This document shows, piece by piece, positions 49,934 through 59,854 of a stretch of 64,000 nt of DNA. Source of the stretch: an uncultured bacterium (GTDB taxonomy: Bacteria; Chloroflexota; UBA5177; JANWHV01); the NCBI GenBank assembly GCA_963729625.1, contig CAVSOU010000011.1, positions 864,001 to 928,000 of the forward strand, in the 5' to 3' direction. A program made the translations under genes and the position numbers. Under the pieces are notes generated by a model. The model did not search any database, was not told the origin of the DNA, and was given only the letters and a program-made list of their open reading frames with translations. The first letter of the stretch is position 1; the number at the start of each line of letters is the position of its first letter.

Positions 49934-51068
49934 ATGCGGGTTGCTAGCCAAACGCGACACAATGAGCTATGGCTGACGGAGGTCGATCCCAAAGCGGACC
50001 CGAACTGGGATAGGTTTGTCGCGACACACTCTAGCGGACTGGTCTACCACCGTTCGGCGTGGCTTCACGCGCTAGAACTAGAGTATGGTTGCAAGCCTAT
50101 CGGCATTGAGTGCAAGTCTGGCGACGGCCAGATCCGCGGGGTCCTCGCCGCTCCTTCCCACTAGGGGGCTGCCGTTCCGCATCGGGGCTCGCTGGCCGGA
50201 CCTCGCCTATCGTCACTCCCGCGTACGCCGATAGCCGGTCCACTCTTTCTTGATGGTGCGGCCGCAACTGTTCTGCTCCAAGCGGCCGTGAAGCGGTATC
50301 CATGCTGAGCCGCGCTTGCGCCTCCAAATCAAGCTCTGGTCCGACGAGCTTGTAGGACTCGTGGATGGATTGGCCGCGCTCCCCTGGCGGCTGACATTCG
50401 TGTTGGATCTTCCAGCGCGGCCTGACGAACTCACGTTCGGCGGTCCGAAGCACCGTGAGCGACTCAGATGGGCGGCCCGCAAGGCTGTTAGGCTGGGAAT
50501 GGTGATTCGGCCTGCGGAGACAGAGGGCGAGCTCAGGGCCTGGTACAAGCTCTACTTAGAAACTATGCGGTGGCACATGGTACCCCCGAGATCCTACCGC
50601 TTCTTCCGGGCCTGCTGGGAGTTGCTCCGGCCGCACGGGCTGATGCGCCTGCTGCTGGCAGAACAGCATAGCGCGGCTCACTGTACAATAGTTGGCGGCT
50701 CGATTTTTCTGATGTCTGGCCAAACCGTCTTTTACGCCTTTAACGGATGGTCCCGGAGAGGGGCTTTGTTGCACCCGAATGACGCAATTCTGTGGAAAGC
50801 GATCCACGATGCCTGTCAAGGCGGCTTCCGGCAGTTCGATTTCGGCGAAGTCAGCGCTGACAATGAAGGGCTGGCCACTTTCAAGCGCAAGTGGGGTGCA
50901 GAGGCAAGACAGATGTATCACTACTACTACCCCGCGCCGCAGGTGGCAGAATCGGACCCATACGAGTCAGTTCCCAGGGTTGCTAGCCGTCCCCTGAAAG
51001 TGGCTTGGCATGCTGTGCCGCTTCGCGTGACCGCCCCGCTAGGCAGTTGGATCTATCGGCGCCTTTGA
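49934..51068 (+). pseudogene. FemAB/BioF2-like GNAT acyltransferase, several frameshifts at ~50150-50300
   Basis: WDRFVATH...VYHRSAWL, RLSSLPRTPIAGPL (middle frame), PPRSYRFF, PNDAILWKAI, FDFG...GLATFKRKWGA. Confidence 0.8.
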
Positions 51069-51508
51069 GTGACGCTCGCCGAGGGGCAAGAGCGCTTACG
51101 CCTCAGGTCCCAATTGGTCATGTGTCGGCGCGGGCCACGGTCTGCGGCCTGTTGAGCCACCTACTGGAGAACGATGACAAGATGCACATGGACTGGCTTG
51201 AAATGGCATATCGAATCGCTATTGCCGGCTGTGATTGATGTACCCGTGAGCCACCGGCCATCCGGCAGACAGCAGCCGCAGCCGGCGGCGGCTTCGACCT
51301 CGATAGTTGCTGCGTGGCACAGCCGGGCAAGAAGGGGTTTCAGGTGGTCAGCCGCATGCGCGTGCCCTGAGTGCCAATCACGAGGGCGCGCGCCGGCTCG
51401 CTGTTGGTCACGGTTGGGAGTTACGACTACCGATCGAAGGAAGGTGTCCGCTAGGTGGCTATGATTGAGCCGAGCGCCGTCCCGCGAGGGATGTCATGTG
51501 CAGGAGGC

Positions 51509-51639
51509 ATGATGGAGATTCTCTTCGAACAAAGTCGGGGACTAGACGTTCACAAGAAGACGGTGGTCGCCTGCCTGGTGACACCGGCGGACGCGGGGCG
51601 CGTGCGGCAAGAGTTGCGGACGTTTGGCACGATGACCAA
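51509..51639 (+). mobile_element. IS110-family transposase N-terminal fragment
   Basis: RBS AGGAGG, then MEILFEQSRGLDVHKKTVVAC...RTFGTMT; similarity ends abruptly at ~51639. Confidence 0.85.
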
Positions 51640-51690
51640 CCGGATGGCTTTGCGTCCCCGTCTCACGACGGGTTTGCCCTGTTTCACTGG
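51640..51690 (-). promoter_or_regulatory. c-di-GMP-I riboswitch aptamer, 3'-truncated (G20 type)
   Basis: Minus strand reads AAACAG-G-GCAAACCCGTC-GTGA-GACGGG-GACGCAAAGCCATCCGG, then runs into IS110 sequence. The 3' half is missing. Confidence 0.8.
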
Positions 51691-52298
51691 GGAACGCCTC
51701 CGGGCAGCTGTCGGCCTGCGGTCGCAGTCCCCGTTGCACGATATCGAGATTAGCGGCGATAAACTCTGGTTACTATCGCCATGCTTCGTCCAGTCTAGGT
51801 GCCCGGCCGAATAATCACCATCGCCTATCCTGGGGAGCCTGCCTGGATGGCCCATGTTGGATGGCTGTTTCGGCCTTGCCAGCATTTATTACACGATAAC
51901 ACAAGAATACATAGTAAAAATTGTATGTCATGGTGTTAAGGCAGCCCCTGCCGTCGGTGCGTTGCCGGCTGCGTGAAGAACCGTGGGAGTGGACTACTCG
52001 TTGTTGGCAGTCTTGCTGGACAAGTCGGACGCAATGAGGAGCGCCCCATCGATGTCCACGATAGCCGTCGTGCCGCGCATGCCGAGTCTGCCGTGACCGA
52101 GCACCCGAACCTGCTCGCCCATGGCAATCGAGTCCGCACTGAGACCGCCATCCAGGGCATGCGGCAGGGTTTGGCTCGAGTGGATGCGCCGTTCTGTAAG
52201 GCGGTGATAGGTGATCGCGTTACACCATCAACGTCTGACTGAGGAGGATATTCTCTTGAGCGCGTCAAACCACGTTCAGGTATGGCGTGACCATATTC

Positions 52299-52436
52299 AG
52301 CGTGCTGCGCTGTTAGTAGTACTTTTGGGTGCCGAATACAGCATTTTCGGGATGGCGCCGACCCTTGTCTGTTCTACTGTGAGTAGCGGACAGCTCATGA
52401 CACGGAGATTATGCCCGGGGCACCTTGGTCTCCGCT
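52299..52436 (+). repeat. diverged non-coding repeat copy A (candidate promoter/operator module)
   Basis: About 80% identical over the first 93 nt (19 mismatches by hand count) to 53832-53967; contains ATGGCG-17-TACTGT. Confidence 0.75.
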
Positions 52437-52638
52437 TCGCGAGCGTTGCGGCGGGCCGGGTCTCTCCGCGCTGGGCTGGCCCAAGCCGCTTGTCTTGGGA
52501 GCGCGGCGCGCCAGCTCCGTTTCATAGTGGCGCTTGGTGCCAGTTGTGCGCTCAGGGCCGGCAGCATCTGATCTTTGGCCAGGCAATTCTAGCTAGTTCT
52601 TACTATATAGGGCCTGACACGAGAGAGGAGAAGCGTCG

Positions 52639-53589
52639 ATGCGTGTCCTGGTAACTGGCGGGGCAGGTTTCATCGGCTCCCACATCGTCGATGCGGCGAT
52701 CGCAGCCGGTCATACGGTGGCGGTGGTAGACAACCTCTTGCAGCACGGGGGGGGCCGGCGGGAGAACGTGCATCCTCTGGCACGTTTCTACCAGGTCGAC
52801 ATCAGCCACGGCTCAGCGCTGCGCGCGGTATTCACTGAGGAGCAGCCCGAGATCGTCTACCATGAGGCAGCCCAGGCTAGCGTCACGATCTCCGTTGATG
52901 ACCCAGCGCTGGACGCCCAGATCAATATCCTCGGGCTGATCAACGTTCTGCAATCCAGCGTGCACGTGGCCGCGCGCAAAGTGATATTTGCTTCGTCTGC
53001 TGCTATCTTCGGCTCAGTAGCCAGTCTTCCGGTGACGCCCGCGACGCCTACACTGCCTGAATCGCCGTACGGGATCTCCAAGATGGTGGCTGAACACTAC
53101 TTGCGCTTCTGGAAGACGGCCTACGGCCTTGAGTATACGGCGTTGCGCTACGGCAATGTCTATGGGCCGCGCCAGAATCCCAACGGCGAAGCCGGCGTGA
53201 TTGCCGTCTTCACGCAGCGCATTCTGGACGGGAAATCGGTGCGTATCGACGGAGACGGAGAGCAGTCTCGCGACTTCGTGTATGTGGGCGATGTAGCGCG
53301 GGCCAATATGCTCGCACTGGAGCATGGCGACGGCCAGGCGCTGCTTGTGGGCACCGGCGTCCCCACGACGATCAATGCAATCTATCGGCAGCTCACCGTG
53401 CTAACCGGGGTAGCAGCACCAATCACCTATGCTCCCACCCGACCGGGCGACATCGCCCAGGCCTATTTCGACATCACGCAAACAGTGCGGTCTCTTGGAT
53501 GGCGCCCACAGTTTGACGTCGCCTCTGGCTTGCGCGGGACTGTCGACTACTTCCGCGCACGGAACGCGCAAGGTGTGACCAGCGTCTAG
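52639..53589 (+). CDS. NAD-dependent UDP-hexose(amine) 4-epimerase (GalE/PelX-like)
   Basis: VTGGAGFIGSH, AAQASV, ASSAA, PYGISK, LRYGNVYGPRQ, RDFVYVGD. Confidence 0.92.
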   Translation: MRVLVTGGAGFIGSHIVDAAIAAGHTVAVVDNLLQHGGGRRENVHPLARFYQVDISHGSALRAVFTEEQPEIVYHEAAQASVTISVDDPALDAQINILGLINVLQSSVHVAARKVIFASSAAIFGSVASLPVTPATPTLPESPYGISKMVAEHYLRFWKTAYGLEYTALRYGNVYGPRQNPNGEAGVIAVFTQRILDGKSVRIDGDGEQSRDFVYVGDVARANMLALEHGDGQALLVGTGVPTTINAIYRQLTVLTGVAAPITYAPTRPGDIAQAYFDITQTVRSLGWRPQFDVASGLRGTVDYFRARNAQGVTSV

Positions 53590-53831
53590 TGCATCGCTTT
53601 CCTAGCCGTCCCCGGCCACCCCGCCGTAGGTGCGAGCCCGCAGGCGCTCACGTCCGGACCAGTCGCAAGGCGACGGGCGTACCACGTTCGTGAGCTAAAG
53701 CCTCCCTCGGATGATGCCCAGCCGGCTTTCGCTGTTGCCGGAGTTGATCGGGCCCTCTGGCAGCATCCTCACGCTGCTGCCGGAAGCGGTCCAGGCTCGA
53801 TCGTGCGGGTTCGGCACAGCAAGATCTCCCA

Positions 53832-53967
53832 AGCGGGCTGATCTGTTAACAGTGCTCTTGGCTGGCGACTACAGCATTTGCGGGATGGCATCGAGCCTTC
53901 TCTGTTCTAATGTGAATACCGGATAGCTTTGACGCGCAGATAGTACCTGGGCACCTTTGTCTGCGCT
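53832..53967 (+). repeat. diverged non-coding repeat copy B (candidate promoter/operator module)
   Basis: Aligns to 52299-52436; contains ATGGCA-17-TAATGT. Confidence 0.75.
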
Positions 53968-54277
53968 GAGCGAGTGGTGCAACCGGCCAGATCTCTCTGT
54001 AGTGGGGCGATCGAGGCCGTTTTTCATAGTTGAGCGCCGCGTGGTCCGGCAAGTGGTGTGGTGTGTCAATGAGTGGGCCCGGGCAGGCGCCGAGAATTGA
54101 GGTGGTTGCATATCGCCGTTCCCGCGCCTCTCAGCGACGGCGAACACCGCCGGTAGCGTGTCGGCAACAGGATCGGCGAACAGCACGGCGCTGCCCATGG
54201 GTTCCTTCATGCTTCCCAATAGCGCTCGCCGTTGACGCACGTTCGTCATCCGCGCGCACGACCGAAAGGGCTCGCCA

Positions 54278-55720
54278 GTGATGGCTACAGAACAGCGACA
54301 GGTGGCGCAGGACGCAGTACCACGACCTGCTTTGCAGTCGGTCGGATTGCTGGAAGCGTTCGTTGGCGTAGCCCTGGTAACGACCGTCGCCATGTTCGTA
54401 CCTGGGAATTGGGGACTGCTGGGGGTCCAGCCACACCCACTGTGGCTGGTGGTGCTGGCCATCGCCATACGCTACGGCACCGCAGCTGGGTATGCCGGAG
54501 GAGCATTTGCAGCCTGCGCGTATTGGCTGATGCTTTGGCTCCAACCAGGTTCAAATGGCCAGCTTCCGGCAGCGTACGAACTCTTGCAGCCGCTACTACT
54601 GTTCGTCGGGGGCGCCATTACCAGCGAGCTTGTGCAGAGCGAGCGCGAGCGCGGCAAGCATGCGGAAGACGATCGCCGCAGGGTAACCGCCGAGCTCCAG
54701 GAAGTCACGCAGCGATGTGCGGCTTTGCAGGAGGTTCATGAGGAGCTGCAAAAGCGGATCGTCGGCCAGACAGCGTCGATCATCAGTCTCTATGAGGTGG
54801 CCAAGCAGCTAACCACGCTGGATGCCAAAGCGCTCTGCAAGTCAACAGTCAACCTCGTCGTGAACTATATCGGAGCGGACGCCGCTTCTCTCTATCTGCG
54901 GAATAGCCAGGGTGATCTGGAACTGCAGGCCCGCGTGCCTCCCGTGGACAGCTTGCGTCGCACCGTTCTCGACCCGAGAAGCGGCCTGGTGAGCCGAGCG
55001 CTGCGCGAGGCCCGGGTCGTGACGCTCCACGAGCAGCTGCCCAGCAGCATGGCGGATTTAGGCGAGGGGGTGCAAGCCGTGATGGCTGGCCCGCTGCTCG
55101 ACGAGTCCGGGCGCGTGTGCGGCGTTGTTGTGGTCGAACGCATGCCATTCATGAAGTTCACACCAGCTACTGTTCAGTTATTCGACCTGCTCGTGGACTG
55201 GGCCTCGACTGCGCTGCAAAGCGCCGAGAGCCATGCGCTGGCGCGCGCGAGAAACATCATGGATGAGGAAACAGGAGTGTACACATCGTCGCACACGCTC
55301 GCACTCCTGCGCAAAGAATTCAATCGAAGCCGTCGTTATCAGCTGCCGCTATCGCTGATCGTGATGCGCATGCGCTCGTTTTCCAATCATCGGTCTGCAT
55401 CCCGGATTCAGTCGGAGCTGCTCGCGCGAGTAAAGCCGCATTTGCGGTCGGTCGACGTGTTGGGGCAGGCTGGCGAGCCCGGTACATTAGCCCTGATCCT
55501 GCCTCTCACAGAACTTGCCGGCGCACGGCGCGTCGCGCTGCGGATTCGCGACGATATTCAGGCGAACATCGCAGATGACGACCTTGGTCTTGTCACCGTG
55601 CGAACCGGGGTCGCAGCTCTCTCGAACGCGCACTCCGAACCGGAAGTCATGCTCGCGAGCGCTCTGGCAGGTATGGACGACGCCGCGCTCGATCTCATCA
55701 TTGGCGAAGCGGCTTCATGA
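54278..55720 (+). CDS. pelD: PelD-like c-di-GMP receptor (TM + coiled coil + GAF + degenerate GGDEF)
   Basis: PHPLWLVVLAIAIRYG TM region, GAF with VERMPFMKF, GGDEF fold lacking the GGDEF motif but with RxxD (LRSVD). First gene of the pelDEFG order. Confidence 0.82.
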   Translation: MMATEQRQVAQDAVPRPALQSVGLLEAFVGVALVTTVAMFVPGNWGLLGVQPHPLWLVVLAIAIRYGTAAGYAGGAFAACAYWLMLWLQPGSNGQLPAAYELLQPLLLFVGGAITSELVQSERERGKHAEDDRRRVTAELQEVTQRCAALQEVHEELQKRIVGQTASIISLYEVAKQLTTLDAKALCKSTVNLVVNYIGADAASLYLRNSQGDLELQARVPPVDSLRRTVLDPRSGLVSRALREARVVTLHEQLPSSMADLGEGVQAVMAGPLLDESGRVCGVVVVERMPFMKFTPATVQLFDLLVDWASTALQSAESHALARARNIMDEETGVYTSSHTLALLRKEFNRSRRYQLPLSLIVMRMRSFSNHRSASRIQSELLARVKPHLRSVDVLGQAGEPGTLALILPLTELAGARRVALRIRDDIQANIADDDLGLVTVRTGVAALSNAHSEPEVMLASALAGMDDAALDLIIGEAAS

Positions 55721-55745
55721 TTACACCCCGTCAAGGGGACGAACG

Positions 55746-56936
55746 ATGACTGGATGGAGCCATATGCAACGACTCCCGCGCCAACTGTGTGGTGCAGCGC
55801 TTGCGGTGTCCGGGCTTGGCGCGGATTGTGTCGCGGCAGTGTGGGTGCTGGATACCGCGGACCCGCGGAGTGCGCTGCTTCATATGGCAGCAGTGGTCGT
55901 GTGGATCGCCGGTGTGAGAATGCTCGCCGGAGAGCGCCACGATCTGGAATCACACGCGGACCGTCGCCGGCGGATAAGGTCTGCAAACGGGCGCCCCGCC
56001 GCGCGGCCTCGACGACTGTATCTACCCAGCTTCATCTGGACGCGCTTAACAGAATCCTGGACTCCCTCTGACAATACTGCCGCGGGGCGCCTGGTAGCCG
56101 AGGACATGGACGGCTGGACTGTAGTCGCCCTGATCGTCGGACTGGTTCCTTTTCCAGCGGTCGGACCGCTCGCGCTGAGCATCGCACGCGCCGCGGTCTG
56201 GCTGCTCCGATTGGTCCCCAACCCGCAAGACGCGCGGCGCTCCCAGACGGAGCGCGGCCTAGAGATGCCTCACGCCCGTATGGTCTCTATCCAGCGGGAA
56301 CTGGAGGTGCAGCCCATCGTCGATATCCTCCATGGGTCCGACCGCGCGCTCAAGCGCGCGGCCATACATGCTCTCGCCCGTCAACCCAGCGGTGAAGGCG
56401 TGCAATGGCTCAGGGATCTCCTCGTCGATTCAGATGCCGACCTGCGTGACGCTGCGTCATTGGCCCTATTTCGCCTTGAGGTCGACTTTGAACGGGAATT
56501 GCGCCGGGCTGGACGACAGGAAAGCGCGACGCCACCCGCCGCGCTGGCCAGTCTTTACATCCGCTATGCTCGCAGTGGACTGCTCGACGACATATCCGGT
56601 GCGCTCTATCTCCACAAAGCGTGCGACGCCCTGCAGCAGGCAATTGCCGCAGAGCCTGATTGCACCAGACTTCAGTTCCAGCTCGCATCACTGCAAAGCG
56701 AACTTGGCATGGAGGCAGAAGCGTGTGAGACGCTCGAGTGCGGACTCGGTTCGGGACAAGTCGACGCGCAGAGCTGCCTGGAAGGTATGGATATTGCCTT
56801 CCGCAATGGACGATGGGAGCAGCTTCTGCAGCTTGCACAGAGGGCACGGCTCGTGTTCGACGATGACCCTGAGCCCAAGGCCCTGATCCAGTGGTGGACC
56901 GAAGCGCACTGGGACGTGGTTGGGAGCGGCGCATGA
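55746..56936 (+). CDS. pelE: PelE-like membrane protein with HEAT/TPR repeats
   Basis: N-terminal TM helices, VQPIVDIL...KRAAI, HEAT repeat, YARSGLLD, TPR-like end. Lies between pelD and pelF. Confidence 0.68.
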   Translation: MTGWSHMQRLPRQLCGAALAVSGLGADCVAAVWVLDTADPRSALLHMAAVVVWIAGVRMLAGERHDLESHADRRRRIRSANGRPAARPRRLYLPSFIWTRLTESWTPSDNTAAGRLVAEDMDGWTVVALIVGLVPFPAVGPLALSIARAAVWLLRLVPNPQDARRSQTERGLEMPHARMVSIQRELEVQPIVDILHGSDRALKRAAIHALARQPSGEGVQWLRDLLVDSDADLRDAASLALFRLEVDFERELRRAGRQESATPPAALASLYIRYARSGLLDDISGALYLHKACDALQQAIAAEPDCTRLQFQLASLQSELGMEAEACETLECGLGSGQVDAQSCLEGMDIAFRNGRWEQLLQLAQRARLVFDDDPEPKALIQWWTEAHWDVVGSGA

Positions 56937-58438
56937 TAGCCGACGTCTGCGTGCTTGTCGAAGGCACCTATCCATACGTGGCGGGGGGCGTCTCGAGCTG
57001 GATTCATACGCTGATCCGCAACCTCCCCCAGTTCACCTTCAGCGTTGTCTATCTTGGTTCTACACCCGAGCAGCGAGGAGAGCGACACTACGAGTTACCG
57101 GAAAACGTGATCGACTTTCGCGAGCTGTTTATTCATGACACGAAGTGGACGATTGCTCGGCGCGCACCACGGTATGACCCGGAGCTTTGGACAGCGCTAC
57201 GCGACTTTCATCTTACCGGGGCTACTGGGAAGCCAAGCAGCTATGCGACCATGTGCCGCCTGCTTTGCGAGAATATGCCAGGCACCATCTCGGCCTTCGA
57301 TCTCTTCAGTGCCAAGCAGAGCTGGGACATGATCGTCAAGATGTATGCCCTGCGCGCAGCTGACTTCCCATTCATGGACTACTTTTGGACCTTTCGTCTC
57401 ACGCATCTCCCGATTCTGTATCTGCTTGAAGCTGAGATCCCCAAAGCTCGGGTCTACCACACGCTGAGCGCCGGCTATAATGCGCTCCTTGGCGCGTTCG
57501 CCAAGATTCGTTCCGGTGCCCCCTTGCTCATGACCGAACACGGGATTTACACGCGGGAACGCGATATTGAGATCGCGCAACTCGACTGGATCCGAAGCCC
57601 TCACCAGAGTGAGCACATCGTCTCGGCCACGCCAGGCTACTTCCAGCGTTGGTGGGGAGAGATGTTCCGCTACATCACGCATCTCTCCTACGAACTATCG
57701 GATCGGGTGATCTCGATCACCGCCGCAAACCAGCGCTTTCAGCTCCAGAACGGGGCCGAACCTGAAAAGATGCTGGTAATTCCGAACGGCATCGATGTTG
57801 AGCACTTGCGCGGTGTGCGCACGGCATCGCGTGCCGACACAGATCGCTTCACCATTGGGTTTGTCGGACGGGTCGTAGGAATAAAGGACGTCAAGACTTT
57901 CATTCGCGCGATCAAGATCGCAAGCACTGTGATCCCGAATCTGCTGGCATGGATAGTTGGACCGGAAGGCGAGGAGCCTGACTATGCTGCGCAGTGCCAT
58001 GAATTGGTCGAAACACTTGGTCTCACGGAGTTGATCGCGTTCACCGGTCCTCAGGATGTTCGCGAGTACTACAGTCAGATGGACGTGCTAGTTCTGACTA
58101 GTCTGAGCGAGGCCCAGCCGCTCGTGATCCTGGAGGCAAATTGCGCGGGCGTGCCTGCAATCGCGCCAGACGTTGGCGCTTGCCGCGAGCTACTGTACGG
58201 GATTACCCCGGATGACCAGGCACTCGGTCCAAGTGGTGTGATCACGCCTCCCGCACACCCGCGTGCAACAGCCGACGCACTGGTCCAACTCTGGCGCGAT
58301 GACGCATTGCGAGCGCGGATGTCGACGGCCGGGGCTGAACGGGTGCGACGGTACTATGGGCAGGAAAGCCTGTTCGCCGCATATGGCGATCTCTATCAGC
58401 AGTACATTGACATGTCACCAGTGGAAGCAGAACGGTAG
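56933..58438 (+). CDS. pelF: GT4 glycosyltransferase PelF (DUF3492)
   Basis: EGTYPYVAGGVSSW, TEHGIYTRER, GRVVGIKDVKTFI, LTSLSEAQPLVILEA. ATGA overlap. Confidence 0.95.
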   Translation: MIADVCVLVEGTYPYVAGGVSSWIHTLIRNLPQFTFSVVYLGSTPEQRGERHYELPENVIDFRELFIHDTKWTIARRAPRYDPELWTALRDFHLTGATGKPSSYATMCRLLCENMPGTISAFDLFSAKQSWDMIVKMYALRAADFPFMDYFWTFRLTHLPILYLLEAEIPKARVYHTLSAGYNALLGAFAKIRSGAPLLMTEHGIYTRERDIEIAQLDWIRSPHQSEHIVSATPGYFQRWWGEMFRYITHLSYELSDRVISITAANQRFQLQNGAEPEKMLVIPNGIDVEHLRGVRTASRADTDRFTIGFVGRVVGIKDVKTFIRAIKIASTVIPNLLAWIVGPEGEEPDYAAQCHELVETLGLTELIAFTGPQDVREYYSQMDVLVLTSLSEAQPLVILEANCAGVPAIAPDVGACRELLYGITPDDQALGPSGVITPPAHPRATADALVQLWRDDALRARMSTAGAERVRRYYGQESLFAAYGDLYQQYIDMSPVEAER

Positions 58439-58443
58439 CGCGT

Positions 58444-59820
58444 ATGGCTGGCATTGGCTTGCGATTGCATCGCTTGGTCGACCGGGGGACGTATTTCCAG
58501 GCGGCGGGCGCCTATGCGGCGTCCGCCATTATCTCCGCGGGGCCCTGGCTATCCGCGGTTTTCTGGGTCGGACTTCTCGGCAGCGTCGCCTCCACTTTCT
58601 TGAATCCGACAGATCGCGCGCTGATGCTTACGACGATCAGCTACGTGTTCTGCGCGAGCCTGTTGGTAACCGGCGGGCCTCAATTGCTCGTGACCCGGTT
58701 CCTGTCGGATCGCCTGTATGTAGATGATGAGGAGGCATTGGCGCCAACCTGCACTGGGGTGCTACTTGCGGCGATCCCCCTGCTGGTCATTGCATTGCCG
58801 TTCCTTGCGTTCGCGCCATTCGATCTTCGCTACCGGTTGCTTGCCACGAGCCTGTTCATCTCCGTCTCGCTGGTCTGGATGCTCGTCGTCTTCTTATCCG
58901 CAACTCGCGACTTCGTCCGCATAGTGGTGGTGTTTCTGTCTACGTATGGCCTGAGCGCGCTCGCGGCACTCGGGCTTGGACACATATTTGGCCTTCTGGG
59001 CTGCCTGTATGGCTTCACGCTCGGGCAACTCGTGTGCCTGTGTCTGCTTGTCGCGCATGTATATCTGGAGTTTCCACCGTCAAGAGGAATTCAGCTCGGC
59101 TTCCTGAGTTACGGAAGGCGGTACTGGGATCTGCTGCTGATCGGGCTCTGCCAGTCGATTGGCCTGTGGATGGATAACATACTTTTCTGGTTTTCCAAGA
59201 ACGGGATCGTTATTGCGCACTTCTACCATGTTTTTCCGGCGTACGACCTGGCGAAGCTCGTCGGCTACCTGTCTACCATTCCCGCTGCCGCGGTGTTCCT
59301 CGTCCGGCTGGAGACCACTTTCTACCAGCATTACGCGAAGTTCTACCGCCTGGTCACCGAAAAGGGTGTTTTGTCGGACATCGTCCTCGCCCGAAAGGGT
59401 ATGGAGAAAGCGGCGCAATCTACGGTTCTGACCATTGTGAAGATTCAGGTCATCGTGGATCTATTTCTGATTGTCTTCGCCAGAGATATCGTGGAGAAGC
59501 TTGGTCTGCCTGATAGCCGGATATCGATTGTGCGCATTCTAGCAATAGGGACGAGCACGCAGTTCGTGCTCATGGTCGGCCTGTTGATGCTCCTGTATCT
59601 CGACGCGCGCCGCCCCGCGCTCAAAGTCACGCTGGTATTCGCCATCAGCAGCCCCATACTCACGTTGCTCACGCTGCGCCTGGGCTCGCCATTCTACGGC
59701 TGCGGCTACCTCGTCGCGGCGCTGGTCTCCGCGATACTGGCGCTTGTCGCCCTCCGTAATCGGCTCCACAACCTGGAGTTCGTGACGTTCATGCTGCAGC
59801 CCATGGAACCCGACGAATGA
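58444..59820 (+). CDS. pelG: Pel exopolysaccharide transporter PelG
   Basis: MAGIGLRL start, IISAGPW, TRFLSDRLY, GLWMDN..FW, YD......YL..IP, ETTFY..Y, LLYLD; about 12 TM helices. Confidence 0.95.
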   Translation: MAGIGLRLHRLVDRGTYFQAAGAYAASAIISAGPWLSAVFWVGLLGSVASTFLNPTDRALMLTTISYVFCASLLVTGGPQLLVTRFLSDRLYVDDEEALAPTCTGVLLAAIPLLVIALPFLAFAPFDLRYRLLATSLFISVSLVWMLVVFLSATRDFVRIVVVFLSTYGLSALAALGLGHIFGLLGCLYGFTLGQLVCLCLLVAHVYLEFPPSRGIQLGFLSYGRRYWDLLLIGLCQSIGLWMDNILFWFSKNGIVIAHFYHVFPAYDLAKLVGYLSTIPAAAVFLVRLETTFYQHYAKFYRLVTEKGVLSDIVLARKGMEKAAQSTVLTIVKIQVIVDLFLIVFARDIVEKLGLPDSRISIVRILAIGTSTQFVLMVGLLMLLYLDARRPALKVTLVFAISSPILTLLTLRLGSPFYGCGYLVAALVSAILALVALRNRLHNLEFVTFMLQPMEPDE

Positions 59821-59854
59821 CGCGAAGGAACATGACGGACTGGGGGGACACATA

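Noticed and set aside
52211-52654. Paralogous small proteins 52211-52654 and 53711-53926
   Set aside because: The similarity comes from the DNA repeat; many second-position changes and a stop in one copy argue against coding.
53646-53695. Nested hairpin (GCTCACG/CGTGAGC around GTCGC-AAG-GCGAC) as a third riboswitch
   Set aside because: Lacks GEMM hallmarks; such stems arise readily at this GC content.
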